Part shown: piece after piece, positions 20,286 to 30,467 of the stretch
Layout of the letters: each line of letters starts with the position of its first letter
How positions within the stretch are numbered: the stretch's first letter is position 1
Source: a bacterium
GTDB taxonomy: Bacteria; SZUA-182; DTGQ01; JAFGSM01
Reading direction: 5' to 3'
Assembly: GCA_049472315.1 (NCBI GenBank)
Contig: JBLIRN010000011.1
Coordinates: forward strand, 14,186 to 78,185
Length of the DNA: 64,000 nt
Made by a program: the position numbers and the translations under genes
Notes under the pieces: model-generated
Database searches by the model: none
The model's input: the letters and a program-made list of their open reading frames with translations, nothing else
What the model was told of the DNA's origin: nothing

Positions 20286-20655
20286 TTTCTTCTTCTCCTC
20301 CACCAGCAAAGGCATTTTTCAAACCCCGGTTCCATGTTCCGGAACCATTGCCGATATTGTTGCACCTCCACACCCCCTTTCAGTTCGATGTAAGATAAAA
20401 GTAAGAGCAATCCCGGAAGTGTATGCGACCCTGCCCTTGCAGCAGGATGTTTTCTCGAGGTGGGCACAAGGGTGCCCACCTCGAGTCAGACGGCCACGTT
20501 GTTCGGGGAACAGGTGGTATCGATTATCGCACGTTCATGGTGATACGCCGGCTATGGCCTCCCACACAATATGAGAGGGAAGAAGGAACTGCATAGTGAG
20601 AAGGAGTCGCAAGAAGAACCACACGGGGAAGCGTGACCGTTCTACCCCGTTAGAG

Positions 20656-20671
20656 AGCAAGGAATGTGCCA
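20656..20671 (-). promoter_or_regulatory. sigma-54 promoter
   Basis: Minus strand TGGCAC-ATTCC-TTGCT with an AT-rich tract upstream. Confidence 0.7.
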
Positions 20672-20984
20672 TGGAGGGCACGAATGCTGGTATTTAATAT
20701 ATTGATTATATTGATAGTTTTTTGCATTATGAATTGTTTTTAAATCATCGATATAGATAAAAATATACAATTTATGATTTTTAGCATACTAATTATGGAA
20801 ACCCCAATATCTATAGGATTAAGTTCGCGCACCTTGGAGGGCTCAAAGAAATTCCTCTTTTGATACACCGTGTGTATGTATCGGGGTAGTTATCATGTCA
20901 TGCCATGTTTTTATTTGTGAGAGAACAACCGGATGCTTCAGGGGATAACCGCATGATTCGTTACTACGGGGCAGGACGAACGGA

Positions 20985-22769
20985 TCAATGAGGATCAAGA
21001 CCGGGTGTATGCGAGGGAATGAAATCCCTGAATTGCTCCTCGTACAGCCGGCGGTACACGCCGCCCGGTGTGCGCAGCAATTCCTCGTGGCTTCCCCTCT
21101 CCCCGATCCGTCCATTGTTGAAAACGGCGATGGTATGGGCGGATTTGATGGTGGAGAGGCGGTGGGCGATGATGATGGTGGTTCGGCCCTTCATCAGCCG
21201 CAGCAGGGCATCCTGGATGAGGTTTTCCGATTCCGAATCCAGTGATGAGGTGGCCTCGTCGAGGATCAGGATCGGGGCATCCTTGAGGAAGGCCCTGGCA
21301 AGGGCGATGCGCTGCCGCTGACCCCCGGAGAGTTTCGCGCCTCCCTCGCCGATTTCCGTGTGATACCCCTTGGGCAGTTGCATGATGAACTCGTGCGCGT
21401 TGGCGGAAATCGCCGCTCTCCTGACCTCCTCCTCGGTGGCGTTCAGCCTCCCCATGAGGATGTTTTCATAGATGCCTCCGGAAAAGAGGATCGGCTCCTG
21501 GGGCACCAGTGCCACCTGCTGCCGCAGCGATTTTATCTGGAGATCCCGGATATCCTGTCCATCAATGAGGATGGCCCCCTCAGTGACCTCGTAGAAGCGC
21601 GGTATGAGCTTCACGAAGGTGGATTTGCCCGCACCGCTTCGACCCACCAGGGCGATGATGGTTTCCGGCGGTATGGTGATGGTGATATCCCTCAGGATGG
21701 TGCGGGAGGGATCGTACCCGAAGCTGACTGTGTCGAACCGGATTTCCCCCGTGAGGGATGTAACCGCACGGGCATTCGGCCGGTTCGTAATCGCGGGAAA
21801 TGTGCTGAACACCTCGTGCACCCGCTCGATTGCGGAGAGGGAGTTTGCCAGTTGTATGTTCAACTCGGTGAGCCTGTTCAGCGGCTGGTAGAACATGCCC
21901 AGGTAGGCGTAGAAGGCGGTCAGCTCCCCCACCGTCAGATTTCCCCGCATAACCTGCAGCGCGCCGTACCAGACCACGAGCACCGGTGCGATGGAGGTGA
22001 GAAACCCGATGAGGGCTGCGGCCAGGGCGTTGTTCTTGATGTTCATGATGCGATACAGGAGGTATGCCCGGTGTTCGGTAAAGAAGTGGTGTTCCTCTGA
22101 TTTTTCACAGGTAAAGGATTGTATCACGGAGATCCCCCCCAGCTTTTCATGCACGTGGCCTGCGATCTTCTCCATCTTTTCCTCTGCCAGTTTGCTGGTC
22201 CTGCGGATGCGCTTTTTGAAGAACTTGTTGAGGCCGATATAGAAGGGGAAGATGACCAGGGAGACAAGGGCCAGACGCCAGTTCATGTAGAAGATGATCC
22301 CGGTGATCAGAAACAGGGAACTGACATCCATGATACTGTTGGTAAAGGCCGCACCCACGAAGTTCTGGGCGATGGATATATCCCCCAAAAGCCGGGAGGC
22401 GATGGAGCCCACCTGGCGGTTTTCGTAAAACCCGAGGGACATCCGCTGGAGGTGCACATAGAGCTCGTGGCGCAGGTCGAAGATGAGCCTCTGGCCTGCC
22501 TGGTCCGCAAGGTAGGAGCGGTAGTAGGTGATGAACGCCCAGAGGATGTAGGCGCCTATGAGCAAAAGGATGCCGTGGTTGATCCGGGTCATGCTCGGCG
22601 CGGATGCAGTGAGCAGATGATCGATCACATCCTTGAGTATCCATGGAAAGAGTACGGGGATATTGTACTTCAGGAGGCCGCAGAGGGTGGCGCCTGCGAT
22701 CCACCAGCGATACGGCCGTGCATAGGAGAGAAACCGCTTCAGCGATTCATTTATATGAAATATACGCAT
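20985..22769 (-). CDS. ABC exporter, fused permease/ATPase (MsbA/Sav1866-like)
   Basis: TM domain, GRSGAGKST, LSGGQRQR, ILDEATS. Confidence 0.93.
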   Translation of the reverse strand: MRIFHINESLKRFLSYARPYRWWIAGATLCGLLKYNIPVLFPWILKDVIDHLLTASAPSMTRINHGILLLIGAYILWAFITYYRSYLADQAGQRLIFDLRHELYVHLQRMSLGFYENRQVGSIASRLLGDISIAQNFVGAAFTNSIMDVSSLFLITGIIFYMNWRLALVSLVIFPFYIGLNKFFKKRIRRTSKLAEEKMEKIAGHVHEKLGGISVIQSFTCEKSEEHHFFTEHRAYLLYRIMNIKNNALAAALIGFLTSIAPVLVVWYGALQVMRGNLTVGELTAFYAYLGMFYQPLNRLTELNIQLANSLSAIERVHEVFSTFPAITNRPNARAVTSLTGEIRFDTVSFGYDPSRTILRDITITIPPETIIALVGRSGAGKSTFVKLIPRFYEVTEGAILIDGQDIRDLQIKSLRQQVALVPQEPILFSGGIYENILMGRLNATEEEVRRAAISANAHEFIMQLPKGYHTEIGEGGAKLSGGQRQRIALARAFLKDAPILILDEATSSLDSESENLIQDALLRLMKGRTTIIIAHRLSTIKSAHTIAVFNNGRIGERGSHEELLRTPGGVYRRLYEEQFRDFIPSHTPGLDPH

Positions 22770-22794
22770 CGATCACTACCTGCTTGTCCGAATA

Positions 22795-24516
22795 TTAATG
22801 GGGGGTGTTCGACATCTCCATAAACCGCCGGGCATCGTATTTCATGATCCGCTTCTGTCGCTCCCTCCCGGCCCTGTCCCGCTCCACAAAGATCCTTCCG
22901 CCTGTCCACGGATCGATGCCGGTCCAGTACATGAGCGTGGAAAGGGTCGACGGGGTGGGGGTGAATATCTGCACCTGCTCGGGCCGAAGCCTGAGCTCAT
23001 GTGCGGCGAACCGCTTGAGTTTCATCATGTCCTCCGTTGTGCACCCGGGATGTGCTGCGATAAAGTAATAGGTAAGGAATTGCCTGGTGCCAAGCTCCTT
23101 GTTGATTTTGAAAAAGAGTTCCCTGAAGCGCAGGAGGAGCCGCCGGGAGGGCTTCCCCATGAGCCTGAGCACCCGGTCCGCCACGTGCTCGGGCGCCACC
23201 TTCAACTGGCCTGAGATGTGGTGGGCTGCGAGTTCCCGCAGGTAGGTTTCACCCGATCGCTTATCGCCCAGGATAAGGTCGTAGCGGATCCCCGATGCGA
23301 CGAATACCCTGGTCACCTTCGGAATCCCCCTGAGGCGCCGCAGGAGATTGACCTGGCGCATGTGGTTTGGCTTCAACGCGGGACATAGCGACGGGAAAAG
23401 GCAGCGCCGGTCCTCGCATGCCCCCGCCTTCTCCTTTCTGCCGCACTCGATGCCGTACATATTGGCGGTGGGTCCGCCCACGTCTGCGATAATCCCCTTG
23501 AACGCAGGATGTCTGGTCATTGCTTCGGCCTCTTTAACGATCGATTCCTCGCTCCGGGAAACCACCCGCCTTCCCTGGTGTATGGATAGGGCGCAGAAGC
23601 TGCATTCCCCATAACATCCCCGATGGGTGGTGATGGAAAACCGGATGGTTTCGAGGGCCTTGACACTCCCCTCCCCGGCATAGAAGGGGTGTACATCCCG
23701 TTCGTACTCGAGATTGTAGATCCGGTCCAGTTCCTCCGGGGAAAGGTCCGGCTGGGGCGGGTTCTGGATGAGGTATCGCTCCCCGTGCCGCTGGCAGAGG
23801 CCCTGTGCGCGGGCAGGGTCGGTGTTCTCGTAGAATGTGGTGAACATCCGGGAAAACAGGTGCCTGTCATCCGCCGCCTCTTCAAAGGAGGGAAGCCGTA
23901 TATATCCGTGCGGAGGTGAGTCGCCGATAAAGCATATCCCCCTGCAATCATGGAGATCCGAGCCCTTTTTCAGTCTCTCCGCAATCTCCAGGCACGCCCG
24001 CTCCCCCATGCCGTATACAATGATATCGGCCTTTGCATCGAACAGGATCGAACGCCGTATCGCATTGCTCCAGTAGTCGTAGTGGGCAATCCTCCGCAGG
24101 CTCGCCTCGATGCCGCCGAGCACGATGGGGACCGTATGTTTGAAGTGCCTGCGTATGAGGTTCGCATAGGCGATGAGGGCCCTGTCAGGCCTTCTGCCGT
24201 TGAAGCCGCCCGGGGTGAGGTCGTCCCTGTTTCGCCTCTTTCCGGATGCCGTATAGTTGGACACCATGGAGTCGACCGAGCCCGACGTGACCCCCCAGAA
24301 GAGGGAGGGCTCCCCCAGCCGGGCAATGTCCCGTGCGCTGTCCACACAGGGCTGGGCAATGATGCCCACTTTGTACCCCTTGTCGAGCAATACCTTGCCG
24401 ATCAGGGCAACACCCGAAAAGGGGGTGTCGATGTAGGTGTCCCCAGAAACAAGGATCACATCCAGGCCGGTCCATCCCAGATTTTCCATTTCTTCACGGG
24501 TGGTGGGAAGAAACAT
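22795..24516 (-). CDS. ygiQ: YgiQ (UPF0313) family radical SAM protein
   Basis: MFLPTT.EEM, GGIEASLRR.AHYDYW, RGCYGECSFC, GGPTANMY. Confidence 0.9.
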   Translation of the reverse strand: MFLPTTREEMENLGWTGLDVILVSGDTYIDTPFSGVALIGKVLLDKGYKVGIIAQPCVDSARDIARLGEPSLFWGVTSGSVDSMVSNYTASGKRRNRDDLTPGGFNGRRPDRALIAYANLIRRHFKHTVPIVLGGIEASLRRIAHYDYWSNAIRRSILFDAKADIIVYGMGERACLEIAERLKKGSDLHDCRGICFIGDSPPHGYIRLPSFEEAADDRHLFSRMFTTFYENTDPARAQGLCQRHGERYLIQNPPQPDLSPEELDRIYNLEYERDVHPFYAGEGSVKALETIRFSITTHRGCYGECSFCALSIHQGRRVVSRSEESIVKEAEAMTRHPAFKGIIADVGGPTANMYGIECGRKEKAGACEDRRCLFPSLCPALKPNHMRQVNLLRRLRGIPKVTRVFVASGIRYDLILGDKRSGETYLRELAAHHISGQLKVAPEHVADRVLRLMGKPSRRLLLRFRELFFKINKELGTRQFLTYYFIAAHPGCTTEDMMKLKRFAAHELRLRPEQVQIFTPTPSTLSTLMYWTGIDPWTGGRIFVERDRAGRERQKRIMKYDARRFMEMSNTPH

Positions 24517-24624
24517 GCATGCCTCTTATCTTTTGAACTATGGGGCGGGAATGTACGGCATTCCCCCTCGATAATGGGGTGACAACGGTAGGGTGCCCAA
24601 AGAAACATCAATTGCTACCATCCG

Positions 24625-25755
24625 TCACATGTCTACAGGACTCCTCACCGTCAGCCCCGGCCGGTTCAGAACATGGGTGTAGATCATCGTGGTGCTCACG
24701 TCGCTGTGCCCGAGAAGCTCCTGCACCGTGCGGATGTCATATCCGGCCTCCAGAAGACGCGCTGCAAAGGAATGACGCAGGGTGTGACAGGTCACCCGCT
24801 TGTTCAACCCGGCTGCATCGGCGGCCTGCTTGATCGCCCTCTGCAGGGCGTTCTCATGCAGGTGGTGGCGCCGCACCTTTCTGCTTCGCGGATCAACGGA
24901 AAGCCGGTCCTTTTGTCCCTTGCCGTCGCGGACAATTATCTGTCCAAGATCAAAATCGACGTCAGCCACACGCAGGCGTATGCATTCCATCAGCCTCATA
25001 CCGGTTCCATACAGCAATCCCCCCATGAGCGCATACGTTCCTGTCAGGTGATCAAACATACGATTGATCTCTTCCCGGCTCAACACCACCGGGAGCCTCT
25101 TTGGCCGTTTCGGCCACGCATACTCGCCGATGTCCCTAATATCGCAGCCCATCACCTCCTGATAGAGAAACACGAGGGCGTTCAAAGCCTGGCGCTGTGT
25201 GCTTGCCGCTACCTTCCGCTCCTGTGCCAGGTATTCCAAATAGCCTCTGATCTCCTCCTCGCCGGCATCCTGGATCCGCCTTGCACCGAGCAACCCGGCA
25301 AATCGGCATACCCAATCAACATAGGCCTCCTCGGTTCGGATCGAATAATGGCGAGTGCGAATCTCCGCCCGCATCCTGTCAATCAAATCGGATAATTCAC
25401 TGCTTATTTCCTGCATGGTATCACGAAAGACGACCGTTGGCCGGTCGAAGATGCAAGGATCCCTGCCCTGCGAATCCTGATTCCACTGCCACTCGGTTGC
25501 CCAAGGGGCCTTTAAAAGGACACGGTACAGTATACGCAGGGCATCCATGGCCTGGGCATGCTGCCAGTCCTGAAGGCTAGGCCGTTGGAGAAGGCCCCGC
25601 AAGAACTCCTCAACATCCTCCGGGTTTCATTTTTCAAGCGGCACAGGAGATTTTCGGGCAAATTGCTCGACCCATGATAGATACCACCTGATACGGTTTT
25701 GCGGGATCTTCTCTGCCTCAAGGCAATGTTTATAGACGTCCATTAAGGTATCCAT
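24625..25755 (-). pseudogene. intI: Integron integrase, long N-terminal type, with a premature stop and an internal deletion
   Basis: HYS.RTE.AY, STQ.QAL.AL.FLY, LPVVLS, YG.G.RL.E, GKG.KDR, DPRS...[30 protein letters not shown]; in-frame TGA at 25627-25629; segment between KDR and LSVDPRS missing. Confidence 0.88.
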
Positions 25756-25941
25756 ATGCTTGACATTCCCTTTTACTTGAATATTGATATTATCTTAAGC
25801 TTCTGATATCATTTTTAAAATACCATTACCCACCAGGAATTCAGCCATATTGGGATAGTCTTTAGACGCTAAAAGGCGGATGTTCGATTTGATAGCTTCC
25901 GGAAATGAATATGAACCTACTCAGTAAAATAACAGAAACTT

Positions 25942-26009
25942 TACAATAGGTCAATAATGGAATAGGCAGAATGTGTCTATTATAATTATTTGCCATTTTG
26001 TTGTTAAAC
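25942..26009 (+). other. attI-like site, copy 1
   Basis: 40 bp block repeated at 26217-26256, followed by GTTAAAC (GTTRRRY) at 26003; lies upstream of intI. Confidence 0.45.
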
Positions 26010-26216
26010 GAAAAAATCCTGACTCCATGATTCAATGGTAAGCTATTAAAGAGCCAAGAGTGAACTTGAGAGAAATTTATGAAGAACTAAACAGCGGCTG
26101 AATTCCACGCGTTCATAAGCTTTGGAGAAATTGAGGTCGCATGAAATACATTGAATTCATTGATTTAATTGAATAAATTGGACATATGCCTATCTGCGCT
26201 CACAGATCAGAAATTA

Positions 26217-26293
26217 TACAATAGGCCAATAGTGGAATAGACAGAATCTGTCTATTCTGTTAGTACAACATTCTGTCTACTCAAAAGTTAGCC
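26217..26293 (+). other. attI-like site, copy 2
   Basis: Palindrome AATAGACAGA-A-TCTGTCTATT, then GTTAGCC at 26287, upstream of the TA pair. Confidence 0.5.
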
Positions 26294-26348
26294 AGCAGAT
26301 ATGTTGCTGAAATTGTTGATTTTATGCTATTTGAATGGAGGGAAAATA

Positions 26349-26546
26349 ATGAACAAGACACTATTAGAAAAGGTATTAGATCTTCCGCCAATCGAAAGAG
26401 TTGAATTTGCGCAATTGATACTGGCTTCTCTTGAGGTTGAAGACAAATCCGTAAGAAATGCATGGATCAAGGAAGTAGAAAGAAGAATTAATGATTATAA
26501 AAGTGGGAAATCTAAATTACTTGATTTTGAAGAAGTTTTCAAATGA
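26349..26546 (+). CDS. Addiction module antitoxin component
   Basis: L.LP..ER...A..IL.SL...AW..E..RR pattern; GGAGG RBS; ATGA overlap with the toxin. Confidence 0.8.
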   Translation: MNKTLLEKVLDLPPIERVEFAQLILASLEVEDKSVRNAWIKEVERRINDYKSGKSKLLDFEEVFK

Positions 26547-26839
26547 AAAATATCAAACTCCATACGGGGGCACAGGAGGATTTAAAGAGCGGTATTGAAT
26601 GGTATGATGCACAGCTTGATGGTTTGGGTAAAATCTTTAAAAAAGTGATCAAGGATACGATTTTAAAAATCCAAAAAAAACCAAGTTGGTATCTCAATGA
26701 AGAAGAACCGATCAAGAAGGCATATGTCCCAAGGTTTCCCTATAAAATACTATTCACAGAAGAATCTGAGGTGGTCATTATTTGGGCTATTGCCCATTTG
26801 CATAGAAAACCAAAATTCTGGAAAGAAAGGATTGGCTAA
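26543..26839 (+). CDS. RelE/ParE family toxin
   Basis: A..DL....WY....GLG..F, RFPY.I, AIAH..RKP.FW..R. Confidence 0.85.
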   Translation: MKNIKLHTGAQEDLKSGIEWYDAQLDGLGKIFKKVIKDTILKIQKKPSWYLNEEEPIKKAYVPRFPYKILFTEESEVVIIWAIAHLHRKPKFWKERIG

Positions 26840-26983
26840 CAAGTCAATATCCACCTGATTTCACTTAGCTGGCCGTGATTCGTGAGTGCCATTCTATTAT
26901 TGGCGTGAAACAGATAATTTTTTCGTTATCCCTCTTAAATGACATACAATATATAATAAAACACAATACAAATTGCACATTTT

Positions 26984-27077
26984 TTAATCTCTTCGGGTTT
27001 AATTCCCCGAAGCTTGCTTCGTTAAAATAATAAAGTTCGTTTTTGATACCCCGCAGCTTGCTGCGGGGAGGCTTCAT
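26984..27077. repeat. Small palindromic element resembling an IS200/IS605 end or a REP
   Basis: Two related hairpins, CCCCGAAGCTTGCTTCG (27005-27021) and CCCCGCAGCTTGCTGCGGGG (27049-27068), in AT-rich DNA. Confidence 0.5.
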
Positions 27078-27349
27078 TTATAATCATATTAATTCTGATT
27101 TTTATTTGATAAAAAATAATGCCCATATTAGGGAGCTTTTGTATTATTTATATTTTAACTGAGATTCGATAATTAAATACAAATTTGGTATAACTTGCGC
27201 TCCAGCAGAATTGTCCAGCAGAATTGTTTCAAAAACAGTGAAGAGCACGTTGCATTGTGGAATATGCTGAAATTGGCAATGGCGTGGCTGTGGTTTCCTT
27301 CCAAAAATCTGCACGCGTCGAAGCCGTAAAGGCCATCCGAGGATGATTC

Positions 27350-27733
27350 ATGAACAGGGATGAAAAGTGCTCTTTGATCGAACGCTATCTTGCCTCATAC
27401 AATATTTTTGACATTGATGGTATGATGCCGGTCATACACCCTGATATCGAGTGCAAAAATGTATCCGGCGGGGAGGTCAACGCCACTGCCTCCGGCGCGG
27501 ATGAATTCCGCCGGCCGGCCGAGCAGTCGAAAGGGCTTTTTATCTCGCGCAGACAGACGGTGACGAAATTCTGGACGAACAACGACAGGGCCTTCATAGA
27601 ACTCGACTATGAGGGTGTCGTGGCCTCCGACCTGCCGAATGGGATGAAGGCGGGCGAGTCGCTCCGGCTCACCGGACGCTCGGAATTTACCTTCCGTGAT
27701 GGAAGGATTTATCGAATCACGGACATCGGTTAA
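27350..27733 (+). CDS. NTF2/SnoaL-like protein
   Basis: Y...YN.FDIDGM....HPD, DLPNGMKAG..L.L.G.SEF.F.DG.I..I.D. Confidence 0.8.
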   Translation: MNRDEKCSLIERYLASYNIFDIDGMMPVIHPDIECKNVSGGEVNATASGADEFRRPAEQSKGLFISRRQTVTKFWTNNDRAFIELDYEGVVASDLPNGMKAGESLRLTGRSEFTFRDGRIYRITDIG

Positions 27734-27884
27734 TGTTGTTAAACACAAACGAAAGGGATGAAAGGCAAAGTAGGAAAGTCCGGCGGTTGGCTCAAAGACA
27801 ATATTGTTTCATGGCGAATCGTTCAAACTATTTTGAATGAGTTGCCTGATGCCGTTGCAACATAATAAGCCAGGGGAGACAAAT

Positions 27885-28622
27885 ATGTCAGGTAAACGGA
27901 TTCTATTTTGGGCCTTTGTATTTATATTTATTGTATCGGGTTGTGGAGGGAGCGCTTTTATCAGAGCAGCCAACAGAGGTGACACTGAAACGATACGAGC
28001 TTTATTGTCCAAGGGCTCTGATGTGAACGAAAGAGAATATAAAGGATGGACGGCGTTAATGGGCGCAGCGGCAGAAGGTCATTTGGAGACGGTGCACGTC
28101 TTGGTGGAGGCAGGCGCCGACGTAAATGCCAAGAACAGTTATGGGAGAACTGCCTTGCGCTATCCGGCTGTGTATGGATATACCGCTATTGTGGAAGCTT
28201 TAGTGAAAGCGGGCGCTGATGTTAACATAAAGGACTGTAACGGCATTACACCCTTGATGGAATCGGCGGCAGGAGGTCGCCTTGCCACCATGCAAATCTT
28301 ATTGCAGGAAGGCGCTGATGTTGAAGCCAAGAGTTCGGCTGGCGTTCCAGCCTTGGGATTTGCAGCAGAGAAAGGTCATCCTGATTGTGTTGCGGCGTTA
28401 CTGCGGGCAGGCGCTGAGGTGAATACAACAGATCAATATGGTATTAGTCCGTTGATTATTGCCGCATATAATGGCCATAGCGAAGTGGTAAAAATGTTGA
28501 TAGAGGCAGGCGCTGAGGTGAATAAACAAAATACCTTTGGTATGACCGCCTTAATGGAAGCGGAAGAACACAGTCATGCTGAAATAGTTCAAATGCTGAA
28601 GGAGGCAGGGGCCAAAAAATGA
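27885..28622 (+). CDS. Ankyrin-repeat lipoprotein
   Basis: Lipobox IVSGC; about six G.T.L..AA..G....V..L...GADVN repeats. Confidence 0.9.
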   Translation: MSGKRILFWAFVFIFIVSGCGGSAFIRAANRGDTETIRALLSKGSDVNEREYKGWTALMGAAAEGHLETVHVLVEAGADVNAKNSYGRTALRYPAVYGYTAIVEALVKAGADVNIKDCNGITPLMESAAGGRLATMQILLQEGADVEAKSSAGVPALGFAAEKGHPDCVAALLRAGAEVNTTDQYGISPLIIAAYNGHSEVVKMLIEAGAEVNKQNTFGMTALMEAEEHSHAEIVQMLKEAGAKK

Positions 28623-28788
28623 AGTTGAAGTTAAACGAGGCATCTGTGCCGCTGACGATATATCCATTGATGCGCATCAGGTGACCCCCCTTTCAGTTTT
28701 CTCGGACCCAATGCAGCCGGTCTTGAAATGCCCACTCTTATTATCTGGGCGCAGGGCATGTGTTCTGATCATGGGGAAAAGGAAGGGA

Positions 28789-29520
28789 GTGCGAAAGAAA
28801 ACCCTATTGAGTTGGAGCAGCGGTAAGGACAGCGCATGGGCCCTGTACGTGCTGCGCCAGGATCCAGCGGTGGAGGTCGTCGGGCTATTCAGTGTGGTGA
28901 ACGCTCGGTTCAACCGCGTCTCCATGCACTCCACGCGGGCGGAACTGCTTCGCCGTCAGGCGGAAGCCGCCGGATTGCCGCTGTATACGATCAACCTGCC
29001 GGACGTCTGTACGAACGAGCACTACGATGCGATCATGGGCGGGTTTGTGGCCGAATCGGCAGCCGACGGGACCGAGTGCATTGCCTTCGGTGACCTGTTT
29101 CTCGAAGACGTCCGGCAATACCGTGAGAAGAGGCTCAAAGGCACGGGGATTGATCCGCTCTTTCCGCTGTGGGGCATACCCACGGTGGAATTGGCACACC
29201 GGATGCTGGCCGCAGGTCTTCAGGCATACATCAGCAGCGTGGATCTCACCAGGCTTCCAGCGAGTTTCGCGGGCCGCCAATGGTCACTCGACCTGTTGAG
29301 GGAATTCCCTCCGGGGGTTGACCCGTGCGGAGAAAATGGAGAGATGCATACCGTCGTTGTGGACGGGCCGATGTTTGAGAAATGTATCCGGGTCGAGGTC
29401 GGCGAAGTGGTGCAGCGAAATGGATTTGCCTACGCCGATATTCTCCAGATAAACCATGAAAACGGTAAGCTCGGTCATCGAGCAGGCCCTGCTATCCTGA
29501 CCGGAAGATGCCAGGATTAG
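28789..29520 (+). CDS. Adenine nucleotide alpha-hydrolase (diphthine-ammonia ligase-like ATP-binding protein)
   Basis: SWSSGKDS PP-loop, FGDLFLED, DPCGENGE; GTG start chosen from the RBS. Confidence 0.85.
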   Translation: MRKKTLLSWSSGKDSAWALYVLRQDPAVEVVGLFSVVNARFNRVSMHSTRAELLRRQAEAAGLPLYTINLPDVCTNEHYDAIMGGFVAESAADGTECIAFGDLFLEDVRQYREKRLKGTGIDPLFPLWGIPTVELAHRMLAAGLQAYISSVDLTRLPASFAGRQWSLDLLREFPPGVDPCGENGEMHTVVVDGPMFEKCIRVEVGEVVQRNGFAYADILQINHENGKLGHRAGPAILTGRCQD

Positions 29521-29632
29521 CATTATTGGGCGCACGGCGGCTCAGCGCGGACAAGACTTCCGGAATCAGCGGCTTCTTCGAAGCGGCTCATTCGTGACGG
29601 TATCCTTATGGTATTAACGGAAGGGGTGTCCC

Positions 29633-30382
29633 ATGGAAGGGATTGAATATTTGTATGAATTATGCGAGGCCTTACCCCGATGCGGCCCTGGTGATAATGA
29701 ATGTACCAGGCGGGCCTTTCATGCGATCCCTCAACTGCCGCAACAACCGTTTATTTTGGATATCGGGTGCGGCCCTGGGGTACAGACCATTGAATTGGCA
29801 AAAATTTCAAAGGGAAACATCATTGCCCTGGACAATCACCAGGCTTTTCTTGACGCATTAATGGAACAGGCAGGAAATGAGGGACTCGCAGAAAGGATAA
29901 TCCCCAAGAATGTATCGATGTTGGCTATGGATTTTGACGAAGACACCTTTGATATCGTCTGGTCGGAAGGCGCGTTGTATTTTATGGGATTTCAGCATGG
30001 ATTGCGGCGATGCCGTCAACTCTTAAAACGGAAGGGCTGCTTGGCTGTAACGGAGCTTGTCTATATCGCCCCTGATCCACCTGATGCCGTTATTCAATAC
30101 TTCGAGAATGAGTATCCGGACATTGATAGTATTGAAGGGAAAATCGAGGTAATCCACAAGGAAGGATATACGTTAATTACGCACTTCACGCTACCGGAGT
30201 CGGCATGGTTGAATGACTATTATATACCTATTGAACAAGAATTACCCCGCCTGAATCGGAAATACCAGGGAAACGAGATCGCGTTAGGTGTTTTTGAAGG
30301 ATTCAGGAATGAGATAGATTTTTACAGGAACCATGCAAAATTTTATGGGTATGAATTTTTTGTAATGCAGCGAATTGATTAG
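29633..30382 (+). CDS. Class I SAM-dependent methyltransferase
   Basis: LDIGCGPG, FDIVWSEGA.Y. Confidence 0.9.
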   Translation: MEGIEYLYELCEALPRCGPGDNECTRRAFHAIPQLPQQPFILDIGCGPGVQTIELAKISKGNIIALDNHQAFLDALMEQAGNEGLAERIIPKNVSMLAMDFDEDTFDIVWSEGALYFMGFQHGLRRCRQLLKRKGCLAVTELVYIAPDPPDAVIQYFENEYPDIDSIEGKIEVIHKEGYTLITHFTLPESAWLNDYYIPIEQELPRLNRKYQGNEIALGVFEGFRNEIDFYRNHAKFYGYEFFVMQRID

Positions 30383-30467
30383 CATACGCAGAGGGCAACA
30401 AATCACCATCGTTATGTATACATGGTGAATCCGAGCGGACCGGCAATGCCGCACATAGGGGACGGGC

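Noticed and set aside
25627..25629. Selenocysteine or recoded TGA in intI
   Set aside because: Non-catalytic position, plausibly CGA to TGA; TGA is a normal stop elsewhere in the window and the gene has a second lesion
26833..26880. Intact attC after the RelE/ParE toxin
   Set aside because: An R''-like GGCTAAC is present, but no matching GTT core or L-box pairing could be built
17160..29550. Shared CACGGCGGCT.A.GCGCG motif after the stops of lipA (~17164) and the PP-loop gene (~29533)
   Set aside because: Too short, and only two copies, to distinguish from chance
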